Source: Anthoceros angustus (Eukaryota > Plantae > Anthocerotophyta). Taken from it: a stretch of DNA of 64,000 bases. The position numbers were made by a program, and so were the translations under genes. Below, piece after piece: positions 27,701 through 38,160 of this stretch. Every line of letters begins with the position of its first letter. Position 1 is the first letter of the stretch. The stretch lies in assembly GCA_010909165.1 (NCBI GenBank), contig VJWM01000283.1:71081-135080 (forward strand), given 5' to 3'. The notes beneath the pieces were generated by a model. It had not been told where the DNA came from. It searched no databases and worked only from the letters and a program-made list of their open reading frames with translations.

Positions 27701-28069
27701 GTCTTCCGAGGTCGCCATGTGATGACACAGGTGTTTAGGTCACAAACAGGCTCAACCCTAGGCAAGAACTTACAGTTCTCCGGCTCATAGACCGGTCCTC
27801 TTGCACCATCCTCCACCTTTGCACGGCTCATTCTGCGTCCACTCCGTCCGGTGACTTGAAGAACCTCCTCCGAGGGTGGTTGCAACCCTAGCTTGTTTTC
27901 CTCCTCCTCGTCGAAATCCTCCATCGGTCGATTGCGGTTGTTAGACACACGCCAAGAGGTTCAAGCACGTATGGCGTGTCCTTCACTCTGCGCCAAACAC
28001 GGGTAGACGCTGTTGGCAATGAGGTTCTCATGATCCTTGCCATGCAGTAGAGGGATGCGGGCAATCCGT

Positions 28070-30000
28070 TCATCGGTTTTGCTCCGCTTCTCCGGCTGGT
28101 CGATAGTAGACTGTCTCCGTCCACAAATCCACCATGACTCGAGGTTTGTACAAAGCGTCCGCTCCCAAAGAAGACATCAAAGTGTCGCATCTGACCAAGC
28201 GGTGTACCTCGACAAAGGTGAAGTCTGTTCTTGGTTTGAATGAAACCTTGACTTGTACCTTGTCACCCCAACACATGCTCCGTGGTCCCGGTGCGGATCT
28301 TCCACTTGGTTTCCTTCAACCTTTCTTGGTGGAGACCCAACGCTTCCTTCACTCTTCTTCCAACGATCACCGGGCTCCGGTGTCAATCAACACCTCCTTG
28401 GTGCGAATCCATTGATTTCAATGTGCCTCTCCCGATTGTTGACCAAAGCCACTCCCACTCGTGCGACATTCCGCTTCTCCACGAGATGCTTGGCTCGAGG
28501 TCGCAATGACATCATTGCCACTGTGGCACATTGTCGACACTTGCTTCGTCTTCAAGGGTTGTCAACATCCGCCGAGTCAAACCCGACTTCCTTCACGCTC
28601 AACCCCATGTCTTGTAGGTGAAACATGGCATCTCCGAAGCTTTTGTGCCATCGTCTCCAAACAATCTGCATGGGTTTCTCCACATCGCCACTCACGGACT
28701 TTGATGTTGCTCCCACTCTGTTGGCAATGGCTCAAACGACTTTGGCATCTTGGCATAGGTTCGGAAGAGGATCCAAGCTTCCTTCCGTGTCTTCCCTGCT
28801 GGTGTCAAGACATCCTCTTCTTCCTCGAGCTATCTTCTCTCGTAGCTGCGGTTTCTTCCTGCCCTTGGATATGTCGCCATGTATCCAAGCTTGTGCTCAT
28901 CTTCTTCGTCCTCGATGATGAACTGCGCTCTCCTTGATCTTCGCCTTCCGCACTTCTCCCAAGGCGTGCCACGCTGTCCATCGTCTTCTTTGATGCTTCC
29001 CGTTTCTTTTGTCCACGGGACTTCAGTGCCTCCTCCACGGCGCCTTTGCTCTTCGATTTTGTGGATGAGGTTGGCCAGATGCATTGGCGGGGTTGCTGCT
29101 CGATAACCCGTGAGGCCGCAATTCGGATGCTTCTCCCAACATGCCGCTTCATTGTGCCGTACCCACACCTAGGGCATGGCTCCTCACCCTTGACTCCTCC
29201 GAATGCATGCTCGCACTCATGAGGGAATGGTCCGTCCTCGGCACCTCACGCAGGGCTCGTCACTTGGGGCTGTGGGTGGCTTGTCTCGCCGAGCTCCTCC
29301 ACTCGACCTCCGCGTCGGTCATGTCGTCCACCACTCCTACTTCTTTAGTAATCACTTGCAACCACGAGAGAAAGTGTCGGCCCTATCTTGTCGACCATCT
29401 CGTACACTTCCTTGAGGGTGTAGTGTTGCCCCTTCTCTGCACCGCTTGTTGCACCTTCATGCGCATGCATATGGCAATGCCCAAGTACTTCTCTGGCATC
29501 GGTCACTCATGATCTTGGTGTCACGTACCAGGGTCGATTCTTGATAAGCCATCTTCGCAGTCTCGCCTGACTTCATCTTGAAGTGTGTCAGCTCGGAGAT
29601 CTTCTCATGTGTGCTTGCAGGAACTCCAGCCGGAAGATGTCAAACATCTCTTCGATGGGATCGTGCCCACTCGGTGCCACTACTTCGTCTGTATTGGTTC
29701 CTACGGAGCTTGAACTGCTACTCACTGGTCCTCCAGATGTGCCGCTCAACAACCTCGCCTTGTGCTCGCGATAGCACGCCAATGCTTCATCCCCCAAGTA
29801 CTTCGGCATTTGGATGAAGCCGTATCGCTTCGTGTATCCGGTCTTCAATTCCATCTCCGCACACACCGCACCGTACTTCTCGATGAAGTCCTCCAGTGGC
29901 AAGGTGCCGCTGTCTGTGAACAACTCCATTCGATCCTTGTCTCCTCCCATCTTGACGACTCCAAGAGACAAGTCCTCCTCATTATCGCTTCCCGAGTTGT
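28070..30000 (-). pseudogene. gag-like region and retropepsin aspartic protease of the nested element
   Basis: VLIDTGA active site (~28374-28394), then FDVFFG/ADAL..VMVDLW; gag-like ELFTDSGTLPLEDFIEKY (ORF 29588-29971). Confidence 0.75.
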
Positions 30001-30371
30001 CCGGCGCACTAACGTGTCTTGTGTGTTGCCACTCACAGATCCTTCAAAGATTGTTGATTGTGTCGCTGGGTTCCTCCGCGTCCTTGGTGGTACCAAAATC
30101 GAGTGTTCGCACTTCTCCCTCTTGGTCGGGACTTGAATTCGCTCGATGGACTTCGGTTGGTAGCTCCGTCCGGATCGAGTGTGTCGGGCATGCACTCCAG
30201 GCGGTTAGTGGCTAGATCAAACCCTTAATCAAGGTTAACACACCCGCTATCTTAGATCGTGATTAGTGAAACCTCTAAGTATCTATGCATGTTAAAATGC
30301 ATAGAAATACTCTGCAGGCTACATTGCAGTCAAAAAATGTGAGCTGGGTGAGTTGGATAGCAAAGGCATAG

Positions 30372-30423
30372 GAACTCCAGAGTTAAGCACCCGCGGGGTG
30401 GATCAGTACCTGGATGGGGTGCC
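30372..30423 (+). promoter_or_regulatory. 5S rRNA-derived Pol III internal control region (A box to C box)
   Basis: GAACTCC-ag-AGTTAAGC-N16-AGTAC-ct-GGATGGG versus plant 5S GAACTCC-gc-AGTTAAGC-N16-AGTAC-ta-GGATGGG, with identical spacing; TTTT at 30437-30440. Confidence 0.7.
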
Positions 30424-30594
30424 GACAAACTAGGACTTTTGGACAGAAAGTGAAATCACATGGACTGATGACATACCCATGTCTATCCGCTTCCCCCTTA
30501 TCCCTTGGAATCCGGGGCCCAAGAGTAAAATACTCTTGTTTCTCCCTTGGTTGGTTGGCCTTAAAAGGCCAGCCCCCCTTGTGGAGGCCTCATT

Positions 30595-31055
30595 CCTCTC
30601 CTTGGTAGGGGCTTCTTTGCCTCCTCTCCTTGGCCTTGGCCTTGGACTTGGGCTTCTTCGCCTCCTCTCCTTGGCCTTGGACTTGGGCTTCTTCGCCTCC
30701 TCTCCTTGGCCTTGGGCTTGGGCTTCTTCTCCTCCTCTCCTTGGCCTTGGACTTGGGCTTCTTCGCCTCCTCTCCTTGGCCTTGGACTTGGGCTTCTTCG
30801 CCTCCTCTGGCCTTGGGCTTGGGCTTCTTCTCCTCTCTCCTTGGCCTTGGACTTGGGCTTCTCCTCTCCTTGGCCAAGCCTTGGGCACACTTGAGTCCCT
30901 TGCCTGCTTAAAGAACTAGCGTTGCCTCGCGTGGCGCCTAGCACGGCCTAGCATGGCCTTGCGCATCACCTAGCATCGCCTAGCACGCCTAGCAGCCTAG
31001 CCGCCTAGCATCGCCTAGCAGCCTAGCATCGCCTAGCACGCCTAGCATCGCCAGC
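30595..31055. repeat. ~35-bp minisatellite (CCTTGGCCTTGGACTTGGGCTTCTTCGCCTCCTCT) followed by GCCTAGCA short repeats in the element leader
   Basis: About 7 copies at 30595-30885; GCCTAGCA array at 30935-31055. Confidence 0.9.
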
Positions 31056-31659
31056 CTGCATCTGCGTGCCGAGATCATAGCTTGTAACAGGAGGGAGTAG
31101 CTCGCACGCGTCGTGGCACAAACACACTCTCCCACGAGAACAACGCAAATTCCTCACACATCGCTCGGGTCATAGCTTTGGCCTCCTCACAACGCTCTTG
31201 CATTGCATATCTAGAGGACAAGCTATGATCGAGCTTGTCCTCAATGGAAGGGTCTATATATACTAGACCTGGCATCGGCATATTCCTAAGATATCCTATT
31301 GGCATCGCATGCCAAAAATATCCTAAGAATACACTATAATATGCAAGGAATATGCCAAAGCATATTACTTGAGCTTATCCACTTAGCTATTGTATCCTAA
31401 GAATACACTATAATATGCAAGGAATATGCCAAAGCATATTACTTGAGCTTATCCACTTAGCTATTGCTAACCATGTTTAATTAACACTAATCAATGCTTA
31501 ATTAACATAAGCACATTAGATTAATTAACACTAATCAATGCTTAATTAACATAAGCACTTTAGATTAATTAACACTAATTACTTACTTAAAGATAAGTAA
31601 TTAGATTAATTAATGCTAATCAAACACTAAACCCAAGTGCAGATTAGTATCACACCACA

Positions 31660-32290
31660 TGACACGGGCCGACGGGGATTTTCATTTCACGGCTTGCCTC
31701 CTCAATAAGTGCTCCAATATCACTTACTCGATATCCGCTTATGGAGCCCGTTAATTTCTTCTGTTGTGCAGCTCTAAGGACCGTGATTTTGCGTTGTCAC
31801 AAAGGGCCTATAGGAGGGCGGCGCAGGAGAGCAATAAAGTTTGTTTCTCTGTAAGTTTCTCTTGAGAGGATGCATTGAAATTATTCTTTGCACACGGAAG
31901 TTGCTCAAGTGTTGTTGTAAGGAATCGCCTCCCTTCATCCTTATAGTATATAAGTGGCGTGTGGCGATCAATAAGCTCATTCCATCTTTGGAAGCATAAA
32001 GTGAGCTAACTTCTCCCACATCTCGTCATGTGTTTCTCGCAACTTGGAGTACCATTGCTTTAAGTCCGTTCATTAAAACGCCCTGCCTCCGATCTTTGGC
32101 TTCCCATTCATCTATAGCATCGAGTCCCAAGTGGAACATTCTTCCGTCGTTGACAATATTCCATAAGTCGCGCCGCGCAGATACCTTGGGCACGGTGGTT
32201 GCCACGTCAGTACCCCTGCTGAATTATCATCTTTGTCTTTAAAGTTGTCACCTTGAATCACTTGAGGCTTGGATTCATTCATTTTTTAGC
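31660..32290 (-). pseudogene. copia-1 gag N-terminal region
   Basis: LLIATRHLYTIRMKGGDSLQQHLSNFR...PPSYRPFVT, a UBN2-like copia gag signature. Confidence 0.75.
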
Positions 32291-35200
32291 TTTCTCCTTT
32301 TCTTCCTTTTAAATTGCTCCCATTCATCTCGCCATATAGATTGTTGTTCTTCAAGCCATTTGGTCTTTTGGGCCAAAATTTTGCTCGCTACCAAGTCATC
32401 AATATCCACGTCGAGATCGTCCGACCCCACCATTGCAAGTAATTTTAATGATGCAGGTTATGCCGTGGTTGACACGCCTTCTTGCATTGTTTTGCGGGAA
32501 AGAGGCGAGCAGCCAACATTTCTTCAAATTATGAATTTCGCATCATAATTAACCGCAGACTTACAATCAAGTGAGAAGAGACCTTGTGAAAGGTCTCGCC
32601 AACAAATCTATCGTTGATAATATTGATTTGTTGTGTATTGTAAGTCAATTTCTCATTGATAGCGGTGATTTATTCTAAGTTACGCTCTAATGGAATCAAG
32701 AGATTGCTATGCATGATCCGGATTAGGAGCGAAGATACTAGCCTTATTTTTATGTACTTAGAGATGGCGGACTCTATGGCACTATATTGATAAAGGCTAA
32801 ATGTAGAAAGGAGAGCTTCTTGAGCATAAATGATATCTTGTACTCTATCTCGACTTGGACAAAGGGCTTCAATGAGACAACATACTTGTGCCTCTAAAAC
32901 ATCAATCGAGGAGAATTGAGGTCAAACTCCTCCGAATGTAAGAAGATTTGATTTGATGTTGTTTCTTCTTCTTTGAAGCCTTGATCTTCCTCCTAAATTC
33001 TTGTCACTGGATTAAAGGAATCCATGGAGGCGATAAGAAATTGATGCACAATGTGTGCATCGCGCTGGTCACCGAAGATTGTTGCTAAAAGGCGAAATCT
33101 CCACGCTGCATTATCTTCATTTGAAGTACTACAAACGCAAAAGCATTGGAGAGTAAATTGCCTAGAGCATAAGGAAGCAGAAGTGCTCAAGCACAAAGAG
33201 CTATATGCTCCATGATGAGAATCAATAGCTCTTAGATAGAAGAGAAACAATGGAATGAATTGATTAATGAGTAAAGTACAAGCCTTTAAATAGGTGGGTG
33301 GTTGGTTACAACAATATGTTGTTGTAACCATAAGTGGTTGCAACCATAAGTTGTTGCAACTATAAGTTGTTGTAACAACTAACTACCTAAAGCCCTAGCT
33401 CTAAATTAATGTTTGAGTAATTAGGCCCTAATGAATAGTGCCCTAAGCTAGACCTATTTCATCAGCTAGAGGAGGCTGGAAACTCCAAGGACACGGATTA
33501 TGTACAGAAGATGGTTGACAGGAAGACTCTGCCGTTGAGGATTACGAGGTGTAGGGGTAAATTATGGGAAAACGTTGACACGATTTTCCAAATGTGGGAG
33601 AAGTGCGAACCCAGGCGGCGGGGAGCAGCTGATCGGGGGCGGCCAGGCGAAAGCAAAGCCACAAGACCCAACTACAGCAGGCGGTCGGTCCTTCGATCCC
33701 CTCGTCCCAATGCTCGGAAGGGCATGGAGAGTATTCCAAAGTCCCGAAGGGCGAGAAGGGTGAGACATTGATAGCGGTGGGAAGGTTATCCAAGGAAACC
33801 GCAGCTAAGATATGGATCACTGTTGGCAACATGAAGAAGATTAACCTTATCAAGCATGCCTTTGAAGGCTATGAAGTGTGCCACCTTTGAAGTCGCCAAA
33901 GCAGTTCCTAAACATACCGAGGCCAAGGCGAGTTCAAGCGACTTTTGCGAAGTGGTAAGTGAGTGTATTCGTTGAGTCGCGGTCGGCCGGCGCCATACCT
34001 GCAATCTTGGTGGCCGGCCTCTCTTGTTTGTTTCCGTGGCGCAGTGAGTCGCGGTCGCGGCGCACTCGCGGTCTCAGTGGTGCGCCTCCTCCTTGCGCCA
34101 TCCAGCATGGTGAGTCGCCCGGTGACGGCGCACCACCTAATCTTGGCCGGCACTCCACTTGTCAATGAGTTTTTCGACCACCTTGCTTGCACCGGAGACA
34201 TTGAGGATTTGGAAAGCACAAAACCATTCCAAGATTTTGTTTATAGCGCAGCTGGAAAATGGATGGAAGAAGGCGAAAACAAATGGCCGACAAGGACATG
34301 GATGCGGTGGCCAGTTTGAGTGCAGGTCTTGGACAAAGTGGCATATCGGTGGTGCATCGAGACATTTTGGATATGAAAGGATTTTTGCCACCAGGAGGTA
34401 CACTCTTCTTTTCTGCGACCTCCCTCGAGGTTTACAGCGGCATAAAAATGACAAGGCTTTCGTTGAAGAAGAATTGAAAAGATCATCGCTCTTTCAACGA
34501 GAAGACCACCAGTGATGTTAGGATAATTACGATGCATGGGGTGGATGGGGTGATTCACCTTGAGGTCGTTGCGGGAAAGGAGTCATACAAACCTGGTATG
34601 GGAAAACCAACATCCCACGAGCAGTGGTCTTTGTTGAAGCAGTGGAATATTTGTGATTGGGAGCGTGAAGACGAGTCAATGTCGGAAAAGCTCCTCTTTT
34701 GCCGGCAAAGACATCAAGCAGTGCTCCCAAGAGTTATCCGACATGGGCCTTGGTGAAGAAGGCGATTTACCACCGGTGATAAGATGGTCGTATCGCCATA
34801 TCAGAAACCTTTGGGCTTATTAGGCATGTTGGTGAACATGTTCTCCAACGAAGACATTGATTGTTGACACGGATCGGGATCATTTTGGTGGCAGGATTCA
34901 GCGGAAAAGGAGCGTTGCCATTGACAAAAGGCATACGATGCTCAATGTATATGTCTAGCAGTGAGCAGGTTGGGCGGTGCGACGAGTTCGAAGAAATAAC
35001 AACGAGATAAGTTTTTTTGAGCCACAGCAAGTTTTGGGCAAAGGAGATGCATGCGGGCGGAGGCATTGACATGAAAATGCAAGTGTATAGCTTGCTTGGA
35101 AAGAAGGTCGAGAATGAAGGACTCCATGGACGGGGCGGCCGGCGGTTGAAGACCAAGCGGCATTGACGATATGGGATGAAAGCGGCACACTACCACCGAG

Positions 35201-36229
35201 ACAGCTCCGGCGTTTTTACATTTTGCGAGTTGAAGGTGATGACTTTGGTGACACGGAAAGGCGATTTGGAAAATGTAGAAACGGTGCCAGATTCGGAGCT
35301 CAATTTGGTTGAAGTAGATGACCCTTTGGGTACCAGGACTTGTGAGCAGTAGGGGCTCTGTCAGGTTGACGTATAATTCCGTTTTTGACTCTTCGTGGAA
35401 AATGCCTGAATTTGATTTGAATGCATACTACCTTTTTGGACCCATAGTCTTTGGCACTCTGCCCTTTCCCAGGAGTATGTCTCGGAAGGGTAGCCGGACG
35501 TAGTCGAAACAAAAGTGTGCATACATGGAAAAAACCTCTATTTACTTACATTATTCTAAGTGGAACTGCCATTAAGCACATCTCTTTTAAAACACGTGTT
35601 TTGAATGATATGAGAAAGGGGTGGCAACCTCCGCCCAAAGCGCAAAAGAGGCTTTTAAGAATCCGCCGATATTGCGCGGACTTTGTTGTATCAGCAAGGT
35701 CGGTGAAGGCGGGGGGAGTGTTGTGTGCAGCTGCCTTCCCCTTCCCTCTCAACCTCCCTTTCGCCTTCAACTTTCGAGGCTTGCGAAAGTCGCCGTTCCA
35801 CCTCGATCCATCACGGTTTGGAGGCGGACACTTGTATAGTTGCCGCATGCCACTATCATAGTTTGCGACCAACCACTTGTCCTTTTGTCATGGCATATTG
35901 TATGCCGGCCATGTCCTTGCAAGGATCATAATAGCTGAATGGGCGATGTTTATTGCCATTGTGGTGGCACATAATGTCCATCCGCAAAGGAAAAGGCGTG
36001 AAAACTGAATGTAGGTGGCCTGCTCGATGATCTCCGCCCCACTCCTTACCTCCTCCACCCGTCACCACAAGGTTACGACGCGGAGTGAAATAACTCCTTG
36101 GACCATGGTTATTCCGATTGCATTGCGAACAATGGTCCTTGGCTCTCAAAAAAGTCTTCAACACTTTCCGACCACATATGCATTAACCATCCTTGGACCA
36201 TGGTCATTCTGAACGCACTTACCAACAAC

Positions 36230-36760
36230 ATCCATGGCCCATGGGCATCCGATATCATTGCCAAATTCGTCCTTGGGTCACGAAATATCGATACCGCTTC
36301 ATATATAAAACATGGGGACATGCCAACCGAACAAAAAGCGATTTTCAGTGCACCGGAAAAGACATAGCGAGTGCGAGCCATGATGGACGAAACACCAGAC
36401 ACCATCATTCACCCATGGGCATCCGATCACAGTTGCCAAAGTAGTCCTTGGGTCACGAAATAGTGTACAAATCTGCCCGGCTATATATGCGAAGCATGGG
36501 GACATGCCAACTTCGAACAAGAAGGTGACGGGTGTGCGCCCGGAAAAGACAGCATGGCTAGGGTGCAAGCCATTACGGCCGAAACACCAGACAACATCAT
36601 TCACCCATGGGCATCCGATCACAGTTGCCAAATTCGTCCTTGGGTCACGAAATAGTGTACAAATCTGCCCGGCTATATATGCGAAGCATGGGGACATGCC
36701 AACTTCGAACAAGAAGGTGACTGGAAAGACAAGATGGGTAGGGTGCAAGCCATGACGGTA
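36230..36760. repeat. ~185-bp tandem repeat, 3 copies
   Basis: CCCATGGGCATCCGAT...GTCCTTGGGTCACGAAATA...CATGGGGACATGCCAAC at ~36238, 36412 and 36604. Confidence 0.9.
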
Positions 36761-36794
36761 AAGCGATGAACAACAAGCTTCATGAAGGACCAAC

Positions 36795-37440
36795 TCAGCT
36801 TTGGTGCGACAACCAGTCGACCATTGCTTTATCGAAAAATCCAGTTTTTCATGCTAGAAGTAAGCATATCGAGATTGCTCATCATTTTATAAGACAAGCC
36901 AGGCGTAAGAGGTAATAGTGGACTATGTTGCCACTTAAAATGTGGTGACCTTTTGACAAAGTCTTTGCCAAAGTTGGTACATGAGAAACATACTTTGGCT
37001 AGGCTAATTTATACTGCTGTGAGCAAAGGTGAAATTTCATTAGTTGATTTCCTCTTTCATCGGCTTGGTGATTGGATGAAGCCTTATTGTGTTATGTGAT
37101 CGTCACACTTGCTGGAACTCTTTTTCTGCTTATATCATCAGTGGGAGTACACTTTCTATTATGAAGTCAATTTTCAAGATATTTTCAAGCTTATCAATTA
37201 ACTCCTAATTGCAACTAAGTGGGAGTAATGGAATATAGCTTATTTTGGAATAGATATGTGTTAAAACATAATGGTGATTTCAGTTACAGTTAAATTAGGT
37301 TTAGTTTTATTATTCGTTAATTAATAACCGTCAATAACCGATTTTGTATAAGACCCTTTCTTTGTGTGTAATTTGTATCATCTTTCGATTCCAACTTGCT
37401 CTTGTCCCTCTTGCTTCCCTCTTGCACGATCTTCACACAT
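36795..37440 (+). mobile_element. 3' fragment of a copia element (RNase H end, PPT, probable LTR remnant)
   Basis: [30 protein letters not shown] at ~36805-36895; AAGTGGGAG PPT at ~37217. Confidence 0.75.
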
Positions 37441-37734
37441 GAGATCCTAGGCTACCAACTTCTTTAAGTATGAAATTACAAGGCACTCAAAAGGTAGGAA
37501 TTATAGAATCCCTAGATCTAAAAGGGTGGCTAGAACCCATAACCAAAAAATTTAGAAAAATTGGTTTGGTTTGATGAAATTTGAACTAATGAAAATAATC
37601 AATAAAGTAGCTATGATTAATACTTTACTTAGTGTGTTCTAAGCTAATTATTTCACTTAGCAATGGTATGATGGGCAACATGAGTTTCTTCATGATTAAA
37701 AAACTAGCGGATGCTGTCTATGATGCAAATGATA

Positions 37735-38160
37735 ATCTGCTATCAGTATCGAAATGCATTTTCATCAACTAGAATGAATATGAGGTTACTAACTTAACTT
37801 CCTAAGTTGATTAGAGAAGAAAACTAGGAACAAAGCCATTATGCATTTTCATCAACTAGAATGAATATGAGGTTGCTAGCTTAACTTCCTAAGTTGATTA
37901 GAGAAGAAAACTAGGAACAAAGCCATTAGAATATCATATGGCTCTGATACCAAGTTAGAGATGCATTTGCGGAAGCGTCTTGCATCAAGCACATGCTTTA
38001 TTAACAATGATTGAGTTTGGTTCACAGGTGGGCTTATAAAGGATGGTTACGAGGGGGTGTGTCCTTTCACTACCCTGCTAGTTAACTAACTATCAACTAG
38101 CTAAGTCTAGTTTGACTAATCCACATTGGGTCTGGTCTAGTCGACCTTAACCAACGCGAT
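37735..38160 (-). mobile_element. 5' fragment of an LTR element: tRNA-iMet PBS with adjacent LTR remnant; ~90-bp tandem duplication in the leader
   Basis: GCTCTGATACCA at 37941-37952 (reverse complement TGGTATCAGAGC); ATGCATTTTCATCAACTAGAATGAATATGAGG occurs twice. Confidence 0.65.

Larger units (their letters stand above)
25508..31656 (-). mobile_element. Internally deleted gypsy-like LTR retroelement carrying a C5 DNA methyltransferase, nested in copia-1 gag
   Basis: ~560-570-bp direct repeats at 25597-26153 and 31083-31654 (TGTAAC...TATCACA); gag, protease, DNMT and PHD remnants between them; copia gag on both flanks; possible TSD ACATG (25503-25507, 31657-31661). Confidence 0.85.
18760..33464 (-). 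mobile_element. Full-length Ty1/copia LTR retrotransposon (copia-1), frameshifted, carrying a nested element
   Basis: Near-identical ~250-bp LTRs at 18760-19008 and 33213-33464 with TGATGA...TCATCA ends; 5-bp TSD GCTAG (18755-18759, 33465-33469); PPT at 19009; domain order gag, zinc knuckle, PR, INT, RT, RH. Confidence 0.93.
15500..35170 (+). pseudogene. ParB-like domain plus beta-class N4-cytosine/N6-adenine DNA methyltransferase gene, interrupted by a copia insertion (5' part ~15500-18759, partly triplicated; 3' part 33465-~35170)
   Basis: 5' part: DYTLGV(L)GGNHCYAAM (15980, 16675, 18480) and DHN...FIEQVRYIH. The frame continues across the empty site: WKFNVYKLLGML|EEAGNSKDTDYVQKM. 3' part: motif IV LLFCDLPRG (34405-34431), then PYQKPLGLLGMLVNMFSNED...GSGS...VAID (34795-34930), i.e. 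motif X-I in beta order. Confidence 0.7.

Noticed and set aside
30372-30423. Functional 5S rRNA gene
   Set aside because: Only the internal promoter blocks match; the 5' and 3' 5S helices are absent
30430-30944. Lys/Arg/Ser-Pro-rich ORFs resembling protamine, histone H1 or SR proteins
   Set aside because: Produced in all frames by a stop-free ~35-bp minisatellite; no independent coding evidence
36230-36760. CRISPR-like array
   Set aside because: Long contiguous tandem units without unique spacers, in a eukaryotic context with no cas genes
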